The position numbers and the translations under genes are program-made. A stretch of DNA of 63,400 nucleotides, counting the filler, from Phoronis australis (lineage: Eukaryota; Animalia; Phoronida): the NCBI GenBank assembly GCA_002633005.1. It is 4 parts of 4 records of this genome, joined end to end, with 100 filler letters (N's around TTAATTAATTAA, not from the genome) between each part and the next. Parts side by side here need not be neighbours in the genome. Positions count along the whole stretch, not along the records: positions 1 to 23,823 come from NMRA01001256.1; 3 more parts are not named here. One strand, written 5' to 3'. Within the stretch, counting starts at the first letter, position 1, and each line of letters starts with the position of its first letter. Below are positions 1 through 11,580 of this stretch, one piece after another. Under the pieces are notes generated by a model that saw only the letters and a list, made by a program, of their open reading frames with translations, was not told the origin of the DNA and did not search any database.

Positions 1-923
1 TGTGACTGGGTGTTAGTAACTCTGTGACTGCTGTAATTCTTCGTCTGTTTAGCACACTATGTGGCAAAGTGAAGTTTTTGTGAAAAAAGATATTGAGAGA
101 ACATCCGTTATTTTCTTGGTTTGTATTGTGTAAGTGTCACAAAACAACGTTATTTTGGAAAGTTTGTTTAATTTGAAACAAGGTAGTTGGCCTTTGAAAA
201 ATAGACAAAGGACCATTTTGTCATTTTTGTATAAATAAGTGAAGAATGAACTTAAGTGTGCAGTGCTTATTTCTTACTCAGCTGTTGCAAGGAATCTCTT
301 CATGTGCACTTGGAAGTTACTGTCTGAAAATGTCAGGGGCAGGCAAGTTTAGGTCAACTTTCCCAAAGACAACATTGTTGTTCAAACCTGCCATTGTATT
401 AATGCAAGATCATCTTCTTCTGTGCCACCAACTGTACAGTTTATATGCATACAAATCAACACAGATGCGATAGCTAATAACTCGTGGTCTTATTAAGGAA
501 GTCACTGATTTATATACAGCCTAAATAGTGATACTGTCTTTAACAAAATGACATTAATGATAAAGAAATGTGAGTGTGTGGATTCAGAAACTAGCAAGAT
601 TGGTATCAAAGTGATAGAATCGGGGAGGCAAAAACCAACGGACAAATGTGAATCATTATGCAGCCTGGTATGCTGGGCACTTTTAATCAAGTGTTGAACT
701 CATCTTAATCCAATGTTAATGGCGTCATAGTTAGGAATGGCATCTCTATTCTACAAATACTGGTCTTCCTCTCAGGTTCATTGAAGCTGCATTTTCTCCT
801 GGTTGGCTGGCTAAGTAATGAAAATGGAATAAGGCTTTTAGTAGGTCATTTGTAGTTTCCGTGCGATTGTGTTGCTTTGGCTGTGATTGACCCATAGTTG
901 TTGTCACATTTGTCCTCCGACAG

Positions 924-1071
924 GTGACATCTCCAAGCTGATTCTCGGCATGAGGTTACTGAACCAGGCTGACTCGTGTGTTCAGGTGTTGGTTCAGGAG
1001 ACTGGCGAACATGTCATCATCGCCGCTGGGGAGGTGCACCTCCAGAGGTGCTGTAAGGACCTGCAGGAGAG
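924..1071 (+). CDS. EFL1: EFL1 internal exon (domain III region)
   Basis: CAG acceptor 921-923, GT donor 1072. Encodes [49 protein letters not shown], the EF-2/EFL1 '[15 protein letters not shown]' motif. Ends in phase 2, matching the next exon. Confidence 0.93.
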
Positions 1072-1345
1072 GTATGCTGTTACGAAGAGTGCAAATGTGA
1101 CTGCTTCAAAGTGGAAAACCTATTTGTTTAGAGTTGTCTTGATTGAAAATACAATATCTTGCTTTGGCCAAAAAGCCAAATTGGTTCTGGTCTCTGGATT
1201 TTTTGAAAATTGAAGCAGTGATGAACTTTCGAGAACAAAGTCACCTAATGCCAGCTGAAATGGGTCGGAATACATCTTATTATTTTAGCTTTCGACACTT
1301 GTTCTTATTTTCAAGTAATGTCATGAAAGAGGTGATTGTCACTGA

Positions 1346-2161
1346 GGGCTGTTCCAGTAAAATCCGTGTGGGAGGGGGGGACGGCAGTAGAAATAAAAAT
1401 TCATGGGTGGTGGTATTCAGAAAAAAACTCAAATTATGGGTGGTGGTTCCTGTAAGAAGTGATGCATTAAAAATGGGTGGTATTTTTTGATCTGTTAATG
1501 TTGACAGGTTAGTTCAGCCATCAAAACTCAAAAAATGCAATTGGTATATACCTTAACTTATCCCAATTCAAAAAAAATCCCATATTGCCAGTGAACAGAG
1601 TGCAATATGTTCACTAAGCCGTTAATCAAGTCATGGGCAACTTGATTTGAACCAACTGTTTGTCAGCAGTCCTATTGAATTGAAAAGTTATGCAACACTA
1701 AACTGGTGTTAACACATATAAGAAAATTGATGATTTTTAAGTAAAAAGTATGAGGAGTAAGATAAACAAGTTCCAATATTCACTTGACAGAGAAGTATAA
1801 AAGAGTTCGTGGAGACAGTTTGAGATTCATAGATCCTTATAATTGAAAAAATGTTCATTAAAATTATAGACACATGGTGAACAGAGACACCTGGTGGCTG
1901 CCAAAAGTATTGCTCACAGGCTACTTTAGTTTTTGACAATATTGGACAAGACAACTAGTTCTTTTCTGTCAATCATCTAAGTTCTTAACAGGTCCTCCTG
2001 GAGGCAATTTGTTTGCGAGTGTTGGATTTTATATTTTAACCTATTAAAAATAATTAAAAAATTATGGGTCATGGGTTGGAGAAATAAATGAAAAATATGG
2101 GCGGTGGGTATGAAATAAAAGTGCCTTCCCCCCTCCCATACAGATTTTGCTGGAACAGCCC
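1346..2161. mobile_element. PIF/Harbinger-type MITE in an EFL1 intron
   Basis: About 30-bp TIRs (GGGCTGTTCCAGTAAAATCCGTGTGGGAGGGG / CCCCTCCCATACAGATTTTGCTGGAACAGCCC) with a 3-bp TGA duplication at 1343-1345 and 2162-2164. Confidence 0.85.
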
Positions 2162-2580
2162 TGAGTTGCCAAGCCAATAAAAACTGGCTTTTCTATGTGT
2201 GTGTAGCTTTAATTTGAAAAAAATCTAATCATGAAAAATGAGGCTGGTGGTTGTATTTTTCTTTAAACATTGAGGTACAGGTTTCAAAATGAGTCTGGCT
2301 CTGACCAGGACCAATTATGATATCCTATTTTCTCTGGCCTTATACTAGAGACATGTTTCAGCTATATTTACTGTTGCTCGGTTTGTTAGTAACTGTGCAT
2401 GCAGCAACAGTAATGTCACATCATTGGCTCAATGATGAGTTTCACTGCACCCTGTTTCAGCATTTACATTTGTTGAGCCAACACAATAAGCATGTTCATT
2501 TCTTAGTTGGACATTGTGTTCGCTCAATGAAAGTAAGTGCAAAATGCAGTATATAGGAATTTCATTGTTGGGCTGACAAG

Positions 2581-2992
2581 GTCAGCTCACTGTTGTTGCA
2601 TGCATAGTTAGCAACTGACTAGGTCAGCTCACTGTTGTTGCATGCATAGTTAGTAATTGACTAAGTCAGCTCACTGTTGTTGCACACATAGTTAGTAACT
2701 GACTAGGTCAGCTCACTGTTGTTGCATGCATAGTTAGTAACTGACTAGGTCAGCTCACTGTTGTTGCGTGCATAGTTAGTTACTGACTAGGTCAGCTCAC
2801 TGTTGTTGCGTGCATAGTTAGTAACTGACTAAGTCAGCTCACTGTTGTTGCGTGCATAGTTAGTTACTGACTAGGTCAGCTCACTGTTGTTGCATGCATA
2901 GTTAGTAACTGACTAGGTCAACTCACTGTTGTTGCACGCGTAGTTAGTAACTGACTAGGTCAACTCACTGTTGTTGCATGCATAGTTAGTAA
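2581..2992. repeat. 42-bp minisatellite, about 10 copies
   Basis: Unit gtcagctcactgttgttgcatgcatagttagtaactgactag starting at 2581, 2623, 2665 ... 2959, with few substitutions. Confidence 0.97.
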
Positions 2993-3245
2993 GATACTGG
3001 GAAATAGTAATTACAGCTGAAATGTGTTAAGAGGGGTCTTGTAGTTTCAGTAAGAATTAACGCAAAAGTGTGGGCTTTCCACCTCTATTCCTCTGCATTG
3101 CTTTGCCAATTCTGCCAACGATAATAAATATTATATTTCTGGAATAATCATACATAAAGAAATGTTAAAAATGTTTCTCTGTTCGTTGAAAGCATTTATT
3201 GTATTCACGAGGCATTGGTCTTGTTCACTATTGATTTTATCCCAG

Positions 3246-3501
3246 ATATGCAAAGATTGATATCAACGTCTCATCTCCGATCGTGCCCTTCCGTGAAACT
3301 GTTGTACCACCACGGAAGGTAGACATGGTCAATGAGGCTATTGAGGGTGAAAATGTAGTGCTGAGAAAGAGGCTAGATAATGCGGACAGTAAGGATGAAG
3401 GCGAAGATGGTGGTGGAGTGATTGAGCTGGGATTGGTCGAGGTCACCACACCCAACGGACAGTGTAGGATGAGGATACGATGCGTACCACTACCTCAGTC
3501 G
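3246..3501 (+). CDS. EFL1: EFL1 internal exon
   Basis: CAG acceptor 3243-3245, GT donor 3502. Encodes YAKIDINVSSPIVPFRETVVPPRKVDMVNE...RIRCVPLPQS; phases fit both neighbours. Confidence 0.92.
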
Positions 3502-4968
3502 GTTGGTGCCTTGGATTTTTTGATTCTTCCAGTAGATGTCAGTGGTCGCGTATATGTAATACTGAGGGGTGTTTACATGTTTAAATGTCAAAGTGGGATG
3601 TTTTGGTGTGTTACACAGGCCAATCAAAGATTTAGTTCATGAAAATTAGGTCTGAAATTGTTTGTTTTTTTGAGAAGTGATATGTAAGCTGTTACTGCTA
3701 CTACAAACCAAGTTCATTACAGACTGAGTTGGAAATGGAAGTTTGCTGTTGCAACAACTAACTTGTAGATGCAACTGATCTTGTTTAGATAGATTAGCTT
3801 AGAAGATGAAAAACAGAATACATGCCTCTGTGCCTGTTGGTGAATAGAATGTGTAAGCCAGTACCATAGTTAAAAGTTTAATTACATAATTAAGAAACAG
3901 TTTCACAACAATCCCCGCAAGGCTCTATTTGGTGACATGTGGGTTATCAATGTGACCTCAGATTTCTTCGTGCACACAACTGAGCATGTACTCGAAATAC
4001 AGCAGGAAGCTAACACATCAGTTCCTAAGTATCCATTCGATTTTAAAAAAGAATGCTTCCATGGTGTTGCAATGGACAATTGCTCAGTCCGCCGGTTCTT
4101 TAACTCGGATATCCACTGCCTTGTCGTTTTCCACTGTAGTCAGCTATGTATCGTTTGTGTGAGTTGTTACTTTCCCACCCTTGCATACAGTGTGTAATTA
4201 TTTCCCATTTGATGACCTGGAAATGTTGGTGAGTTATGCTAAGCCTTGAACTTTGCTGCTACAATACACACACACCAATGAACAAGGGTTATGTAAATAA
4301 ATTTACTTTAGCACTGCTGCAACGATACGTGTTCACCAATGAACAAGGGTAATGTAATTTGAAACACTTTCTTGTGGTAATTTAAGGTTAATATGTAGAA
4401 CCCTCGAAAAATGGCCAAATATGGCCAACTTTGGAACATGATATCTTCGCAATGGCCAATTGGATTCATTATGTAACTTTCAGGTATCCTGATTTATACA
4501 GCGTTTTCTAAAACCCTTAGGAATTGTTGTAAACAATTTCACTTTTGCACAAGGGTCTATGAATAAACAGGACTTTTATTGTTTTTATGAAAACACATTA
4601 CATGAAGATGAAATGATAATTTCGAAAACTGTAACAGCATTTCTGAGATTCCATTTTAAACATTTATATTGAACGAAGTTAAGTCATGTTGTTGATATCG
4701 TTGTTTTGTTGTGAATGTACCTCTCTCTTCTGCTGAATTTTACTAAAATGCATGGTCATGTGACCCAGTTAAAAGCAGATGGATATAAAGTCGAAATAAA
4801 ATTCTTCAGACTTTATACTTTCAGAAAACAATTGCACTTTTACAGAGTTGAAATCCGTAGTTTTGCAGATGTGTGGCTATTTAATGCACTCACAAGTCGA
4901 TTAGGTTGTACATAAACTTAAAGTGTCGTGATGGCTTTAATATGTTGTTATATTTATCTTTTTTCCAG

Positions 4969-5830
4969 GTTACTAATTTATTGGACAAGAATCCTCAACT
5001 TATAAAGACCCTAGATGATTATGCCAGTCTGAAGATATTTGGAAGATCTGATTTAGCTGTGGGCTCTAAGATGAGCAAAGATACTAAGTCAAAACTGCAA
5101 CAGCTCAAACTTGACTTGCAGTCGGCTTTCGATGGGGAAAATAGTGACTTGTGGGAAGGGGCCGTAGAGTGCATATGGTCCTTTGGCCCTCGTCGGTATG
5201 GACCAAATTTGTTGATAAATAAAATCAAAGGATATGATCGAACTTCTGTGTGGTCAGCCCTCGAGAAAAAATCCCAGATTGTGTTGAACTCACGTCAGTT
5301 TGATCACTGCATTGTCAGTGGGTTTCAGTTAGCTACCTTAGCTGGACCCTTGTGTGCTGAGCCCATGATGGGCGTGGCCTTGATAATGGAATCATGGGAT
5401 ATGCAGGTCTCAACTTTTTCAGAGGAAACTGCTTCATTAAAGGATGCTGACTTGGACATAAATTCAGTGAAAATTAGAAATTTGGAAAATAATGATAATC
5501 ATGCGAGTATTGTTACCAAAAATGGAGATTTTGAAAATGGAAGCATTCCTGGGCTGGTTGAGAGCTTAAGCATTAAAGACGATAGCCACATTCATGATAT
5601 TCCTTCAGAACTTTCAAGAGATCGATTGCTCAGTGGTGGCTCTGAAATATCAGAGGGCTCAAATGAGGAAGTGGCAGATTGCAAGCAGAAGCAGCAAGCA
5701 TATGGACCGATGTCTGGACAGATAATGTCATGTGTTAAGGAGGCATGCTGGAAAGCATTCCAGTCTCAGCCGCAGAGACTGATGGTAGCCATGTATGAGT
5801 GTGTTGTCCAGGCGACGGCTGACGTACTGG
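4969..5830 (+). CDS. EFL1: EFL1 large exon (domain IV with acidic insertion)
   Basis: ttttccag acceptor, gtgagt donor at 5831. Contains IWSFGPRRYGPNLL, SGFQLATLAGPLCAEPMMG and YGPMSGQIMSCVKEAC..AFQSQPQRLMVAMY. Confidence 0.95.
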
Positions 5831-5978
5831 GTGAGTAGAATGGGGAGGGACTTGAATGAGGGGACGGCAAACGTACTGGGTGAGTAGAATGTGAGGGGNT
5901 GGGCGAGTAGGATGGGGGGGGACTTGAATGAGGTGGCAGCAAACGTACTGAGTGAGTAGAATGAAGGGGGAATTGAAT
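5814..5978 (+). repeat. about 49-bp tandem repeat spanning the EFL1 exon/intron boundary
   Basis: cgtactg(g/a)gtgagtagaatg recurs with GT donors at 5831, 5880 and 5952; N at 5899. Confidence 0.85.
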
Positions 5979-6936
5979 GTGCTGAAAGTTTCTGCGCTGA
6001 GATCTTTGCATCCCTGGTTTAACTAAATGTTGTCTTCAGCAGATTTGGTTGAATGATGACCTTCTGTAGGTTTTTCAACTAATTACTTTGCAGTAAGTTT
6101 AGGAAGGCATAAAATATGAAATGAGAACACCAGTTTTTATGACAGGGATAGCAGAAATATACTTAAATCTTGGAATGACTTCACATTTCTCATTTTTGCT
6201 AAATTTCTTGCTACGCATTGGATCATGATCAAACAATTCTCAAAAAATCAACTTTATGAAGTACTGTTTGGGTGCCAGAATGGGCAACGATTATTTCACT
6301 GAAGATATCTGAGCTTTGAGAAGTCGCCTAACAATACTTATCAAAAGTGACGAGCTTCATCACAAAGTCTTATTTCACAAAATTGGACCGACTAATCATT
6401 TGACGGATAACCAACAAACGAACTTTACATCAAATGTTACTTCTTCCAAAAGCATTGAGCTTTGTTGTGAAGTTGGCTGCAAACAATTTATTTTTGGAAA
6501 CGTCATATAGAACAATTATTCACAAATACCGGACTTTTTGAGATTATTTCGGCAGTTTTGGCCAAAAAAGCATAGTTGGTTCTAGTCTTCCCCCGACTCA
6601 TTCTGAGACTTGGGTTCAGCAACTAACAAAATGTTGGCCGGCGTCAGTTTCTGACAAGGTATTGTATGTACCTTGTACCTTGGCGTTGTCCATCCATTGC
6701 AGGATGTAGCCCTCCGACAATGCCTTCGAGGTATTGTATATTTTTTTGAAAAGCTGGAGAAATTCATGTGAACAAGCAAAGTTTGAAATGCTACGAGGTC
6801 CCATGCGATGAGTGAAAGTAAAATCAAATTGTGCATTCTGTTTGTTCTCAGGTGGATCTTCGTTTTGAAGTTGAGTTATGAAAAAAAAATATCGCACCAC
6901 AAGCTTGATTTTTGTCAGACCACCTGCTGCACTCTN

Positions 6937-7595
6937 GTTGACCCCTCCAGTTGATGTAACTCTTAACGTTTTTATGTAGCTATAGGGTGTAGCGACTGGC
7001 TGTTCGTTGGCAATTCTAGTTGAAGAGTGATATAAAGCAGTCGTTTCCGGAACTTTGGTGTTTTTCTCGCTTAATTTCTACCAAAAATTAAGAATCAGTA
7101 GAATTCAGAGTTGCACATGCTGCGAATTGTGTTTGAAAAAGTTTATTTTTCCATGTATTTAAAGTAACATTACTGGCAAGAAAGGTTATGATTTCTCAAC
7201 TCAGCTCCAGCCTGCATTCGAACTGGGAACGTTCGCGTTCCCAGCCAAAACGCTCTGCTAAAGAGCTATTTCACACTCGATAAGTGACAAAAATATTTCA
7301 ACTGTATTTAATTGGTGCCGTCACCAGCCTTGATTTCAGTGACTGTCTGGCAGACAACGGTGAGAACAGGCAATTTTAAATAAAATCACTAAAGCAATTT
7401 ATTTAGTTGCTTCATAGCTCTGACTAAAGCTAATAACTTGAAAAAGTTTACCCCATCGAACAATAATCTCAGTAATGCATTTTCAGCCATAAATACGATG
7501 TCCATTTTCTTTGTTCTGCCTCATAGTGAAGCGTATTGTTGTATCGACGTTTGACCATAGCCGATATCAATATATTGTCATATCAACTTTGTTCT
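6937..7595 (+). repeat. near-identical copy of 9508-10163 bounded by single Ns (probable second haplotype)
   Basis: Same sequence with scattered SNPs and indels; begins and ends exactly at N6936 and N7596. Confidence 0.9.
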
Positions 7596-7751
7596 NGTAC
7601 CTACATTGACTATTTCTGTGGTTACGTTTACCCTAAAATGCATCTACTTATGCAAGGGTTCTAGATCCGAAACACAAAACTTTACCTGTGACATGGCACT
7701 CTTTGATAATAAATTCCACTTTCACGTTTTGAAATGATTGATCATTTCTTA

Positions 7752-7860
7752 GTTTGGTGGTCTCTGGCTATGAGATTTGTTTGGTGGTCTGCGGCTGTGA
7801 GATTTGTTTGGTGGTCTCCGGTTGTGAGATTTGTTTGGTGGTATGCGGCTGTGAGATTTC
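7752..7860. repeat. 27-bp tandem repeat, about 4 copies
   Basis: Variants of gagatttgtttggtggtctgcggctgt. Confidence 0.85.
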
Positions 7861-8063
7861 TGCTCTGTGGTCAGCCCTTCTTACCCACTGCGATCCTTCA
7901 TAAACAACTTTGTATACCTTGGATTTAAGTTCGCACAACAGATACTGGTAGCACGTTTTAATATTAAACAAGCATCAGAAATAATGATGGTATGAAACTA
8001 TGTTTTAGCCAAAGTAAGATTGAGATACTGAAAGGAAAAATCTGTCGCACAGGAAAGCAATCA

Positions 8064-9270
8064 TGCTCCAGTTTTTATTTTCATGCTTCTATTTTGTAAT
8101 ACTGAAATATCAAATCATGTGTTGTGAAACAATGCAGCCGTGATATCCTTGTTGACTGTTAACCGTCTGTTGGTTGTATAAATTACTAATGATGCTCTAG
8201 TGATGTTGTGCCATATATCTTACAGTTGTACATTACGTTAACATGAACGTGATCATTTGCAGTTTTGGGGTTTCCTTTCCGTTAATGTTGTGGTTAAAAT
8301 TACTTGACGCTGGCGCAGTAGTTAATTTGAAGTATAGTATCCACAATTCTGAGTGTTAGTTGATTATGAATAAACGTGTGTGCATATACACGTGCACTGT
8401 GCATATACACGTGCACTGTGCATATACACGTGCACTGTGCATGTGCACGCGAGTGTGTGTAAATGAAACCACACAATATTTATTGGGTGATTTGTTTACG
8501 GTCTTCTGCACGTGATGTGGCAGAACTAAAAGCGCCAATAAACCCACGTTGCGTCAAAACGTTTGACACAGACCACTCATTGCTCCAAACTCGGATGACG
8601 AGTGGTTTCGGAGCCTGAAAAAAATGACAGTTCGTTATCGTTTGATACGATGCTCAGTGCNTGCTCCAGTTTTTATTTTCATGCTTCTATTTTGTAATAC
8701 TGAAATATCAAATCATGTGTTGTGAAACAATGCAGCCATGATATCCTTGTTGACTGTTAACCGTCTGTTGGTTGTATAAATTACTAATGATGCTCTAGTG
8801 ATGTTGTGCCATATATCTGACAATTGTACATTACTAATGATGCTCTAGTGATGTTGTGCCATATATCTGACAATTGTACATAACGTTAACATGAACGTGA
8901 TCATTTGCAGTTTTGTTGTTTCCTTTCCATTAATGTTGTGGTCAAAATTACTTGACGCTGGCGCAGTAGTTAATTTGAAGTACAGTATCCACCATTCTGA
9001 GTGTTAGTTGATTATGAATAAACGTGTGTGCATATGCACGTGCACTGTGCACATACACGTGAGTGTGTGTAAATGAAACCACACAATATTTATTGGGTGA
9101 TTTGTTTACGGTCTTCTGCACGTGATGTGGCAGAACTAAAAGTGCCAATAAACCCACGTTGCGTCAAAACGTTTGATGCAGACCACTCATTGGTCCAAAC
9201 TCGGATGACGAGTGGTTTCGGAGCCTGAAAAAAATGACAGTTCGTTATCGTTTGATACGATGCTCAGTGC
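8064..9270 (+). repeat. tandem near-duplicate of about 600 bp (8064-8660 and 8662-9270) split by an N
   Basis: Two copies abut N8661 and differ by SNPs, copy number of a 20-bp repeat and a small internal duplication. Confidence 0.9.
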
Positions 9271-9763
9271 ATACAATGAGTCACATTGACATGTCGTCTT
9301 GAGGAGCCTGTTCTCAAACAATAAATTGTCGGTTCTTGTCAAGCCCTGAAATCATCTGTAGTCTGTCTGAGGAACAATTTGATAACGCTAAGTCAAAGTG
9401 ATCCAAGTCAAAATTTGATTTTAGTGACTACGCAAGATGAGTTTACAGCTGTTTCAACACTAGTGTTTAACAGAGAACCTTGAGATAACAGGGCATATGT
9501 GGCGGTGGTTGACCCCTCCAGTTGATGTAACTCTTAACGTTTTTATGTAGTTATAGGGTGTTGTGACTGGCTGGTCGTTGGCAGTTCTGGTTGAAGAGTG
9601 ACATAAAGCAGTCGTTTCCGGAACTTTGGTGTTTTTCTCGCTTAATTTCTACCAAAAATTAAGAATCAGTAGAGTTGCACATGTTGCGAATTGTGTTTGA
9701 AAAAGTTTATTTTTCCATGTATTTAAAGTAACATTACTGGCAAGAAAGGTTATGATTTCTTAA

Positions 9764-9838
9764 CTCAGCCCCAGCCTGCATTCGAACTGGGAATGTTCGC
9801 GTTCCCAGCCAAAACGCTCTGCTAAAGAGCTATTTCAC
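9764..9838 (-). other. tRNA-derived (SINE-head-like) sequence; second copy at about 7200-7274
   Basis: Minus strand reads TAGCTCTTTAGCAGAGC (A-box-like) ... AGTTCGAATGC (B-box-like) at tRNA spacing; no intact cloverleaf. Confidence 0.5.
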
Positions 9839-10166
9839 ACTCGATAAGTGACAAGAATATTTCAACTGTATTTAATTGGTGCCGTCACCAGCCTTGATTT
9901 CAGTGAATGTCTGGCAGACAACGATGAGAACAGGCAATTTTAAATAAAATCACTAGAGCAATTTATTTAGTTGCTTCATAGCTCTGACCAAAGCTAATAA
10001 CTTGAAAAAGTTTACCCCATCGAACAAGAATCTCAGTAATGCATTTTCAGCCATAAAAACGATAATGTCCATTTTCTTTGTTCTACCTCATAGTGAAGCG
10101 TCTTGTTGTATCGACGTTTGACCATAGCTGATATCAATTTATTGTCACTATCAACTTTGTTCTCAG

Positions 10167-10355
10167 GTCGTTGATTTGGACCCATTCTGGGAACCTTCCA
10201 CTGAGGAAGAGTACATGCACTTCGGCGAGAAAGCGGACTCGGAAAACCAAGCACGGAAATACATGAACGTTGTCCGCAGAAGGAAAGGTTTGGGAGTTAA
10301 TGAGAAGATTGTCGAGTATGCTGAGAAGCAAAGAACATTATCAAAGAAGAAATAG
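10167..10355 (+). CDS. EFL1: EFL1 terminal coding exon (not in the ORF track: no ATG start)
   Basis: tttgttctcag acceptor. Translates [62 protein letters not shown], the EFL1/Ria1 C-terminus. TAG at 10353-10355. Confidence 0.96.
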   Translation, partial: VVDLDPFWEPSTEEEYMHFGEKADSENQARKYMNVVRRRKGLGVNEKIVEYAEKQRTLSKKK

Positions 10356-10756
10356 ATTTTATTGCAGCCCGTCTTAGTGATATTGATATAGAGTCTCGTC
10401 ATTTTACGAATTTATTCGTGTTCTGAATGAATTTAAAGGTGTGAAGATCCAAAAATGTTGTTGATATGAGGAAAACTGACTCGCAATAAAACAGTAGTCA
10501 TCAAAGATGTCAGATTTTGAAATTATTTACTAAAACTGCATTCCGCCATTTAGTTTGATAAAAAACAGAAATTGAATTAGGACTTTCACTCATATTGTCC
10601 AATATTTTTGCCTCCTTAGGATTCTATTGAGTTTATTATTATTGGCCAACCTTTACATTTTGAAAATTTGAAAATGGTGTAAATTCGCATTATGGGAGGG
10701 GGGGGCTTAGTTTGAAGCAGAAATGGAACAGCAAGGAATGTTGCCTACTTTAAGAG

Positions 10757-10762
10757 AATAAA
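10757..10762 (+). promoter_or_regulatory. candidate EFL1 polyadenylation signal
   Basis: AATAAA about 400 nt after the stop, followed by a GT-rich tract; another AATAAA lies at 10485-10490. Confidence 0.4.
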
Positions 10763-11004
10763 AAGTCGTTAGATTTTGGTTTTGTAGACAGCTCAACAGT
10801 GCAAAATGAAGCTTGTTAAGTTGACAACTTGCATTGCTACAACCTGTACTTCATCGCACCATTTTCTGGATCTATTTTTCAGTATTGACTCGGGTTTTGT
10901 CCAGAGATGTTTTGAAGTGATCCAAGTTTTGTAAAGAAATTCAAATGCTACACAAGTACATCATCAAAAGATCATAAAATATCATTTACCAAGTTACGTA
11001 GTGC

Positions 11005-11230
11005 CATAGGCGGATCCAAGGAACGGGTTTGGACACCTCTTTTTTAGCATAAGTGGCAAATAAAAATCACTTGACATATGGACAATTTCTATTTTCTATT
11101 ATTTCCACTGTCCGTTGAGTGCATGGCACTAAATGTCAATACCTGATTTCTACTCTTTATACAGAATTCTCTTCACAAACCTATCGTTTTATTTGGGCTG
11201 CCCCTATTGAAAAAGCTGGAGTCGCCTTCG
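11005..11230. mobile_element. degenerate MITE of the CA(G/T)xGGCGGAT family
   Basis: Starts cataggcggatcc, ends ctggagtcgccttcg; TSD unclear. Confidence 0.55.
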
Positions 11231-11362
11231 ACAGTGGCATCTCAACATTTTCCTAATGTTCTTGGAAGTATCGATTCTAACCCGTGGTATAAAACGAGTA
11301 ACGTCTCCTTTAGAAGTGCTGGAATAACACTGTTTTCAGTTAAACAGAGTTCGATTACAAGA

Positions 11363-11580
11363 GGAGACATTGTGGCTCACTGGTTACAGCTCCAGACTCC
11401 CTCATGAGAGGCCTGGGTTCTAATCATGGCTTCACTGGCTGACACTCCAGCATTGCACAAAGATGTCTCCTATTCCTCTGAGCTCGGTCTTACTTGTGAA
11501 TGTGTGCAAGGAGTGAATGAAAACCTGGAGAGGAGGACCATGCTGTATATTAGCTCTTGGCTAAAGCCGGTTTCCTTTTA
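11363..11580 (+). mobile_element. tRNA-derived SINE between the two convergent genes
   Basis: GGAGACATTG-TGGCTCACTGG (A box) ... GGGTTCTAATC (B box), then a non-tRNA body; 3' end approximate. Confidence 0.6.

Noticed and set aside
2581-2992. CRISPR-like array
   Set aside because: Units are contiguous with no unique spacers, there are no cas genes, and it lies in a eukaryotic intron.
5400-5700. Novel acidic insertion in EFL1
   Set aside because: A variable low-complexity insertion at this point is usual in animal EFL1.
8356-9157. Pair of similar small ORFs (MGLLALLVLP...) as a peptide family
   Set aside because: Antisense ORFs with non-ATG starts in the duplicated intronic block.
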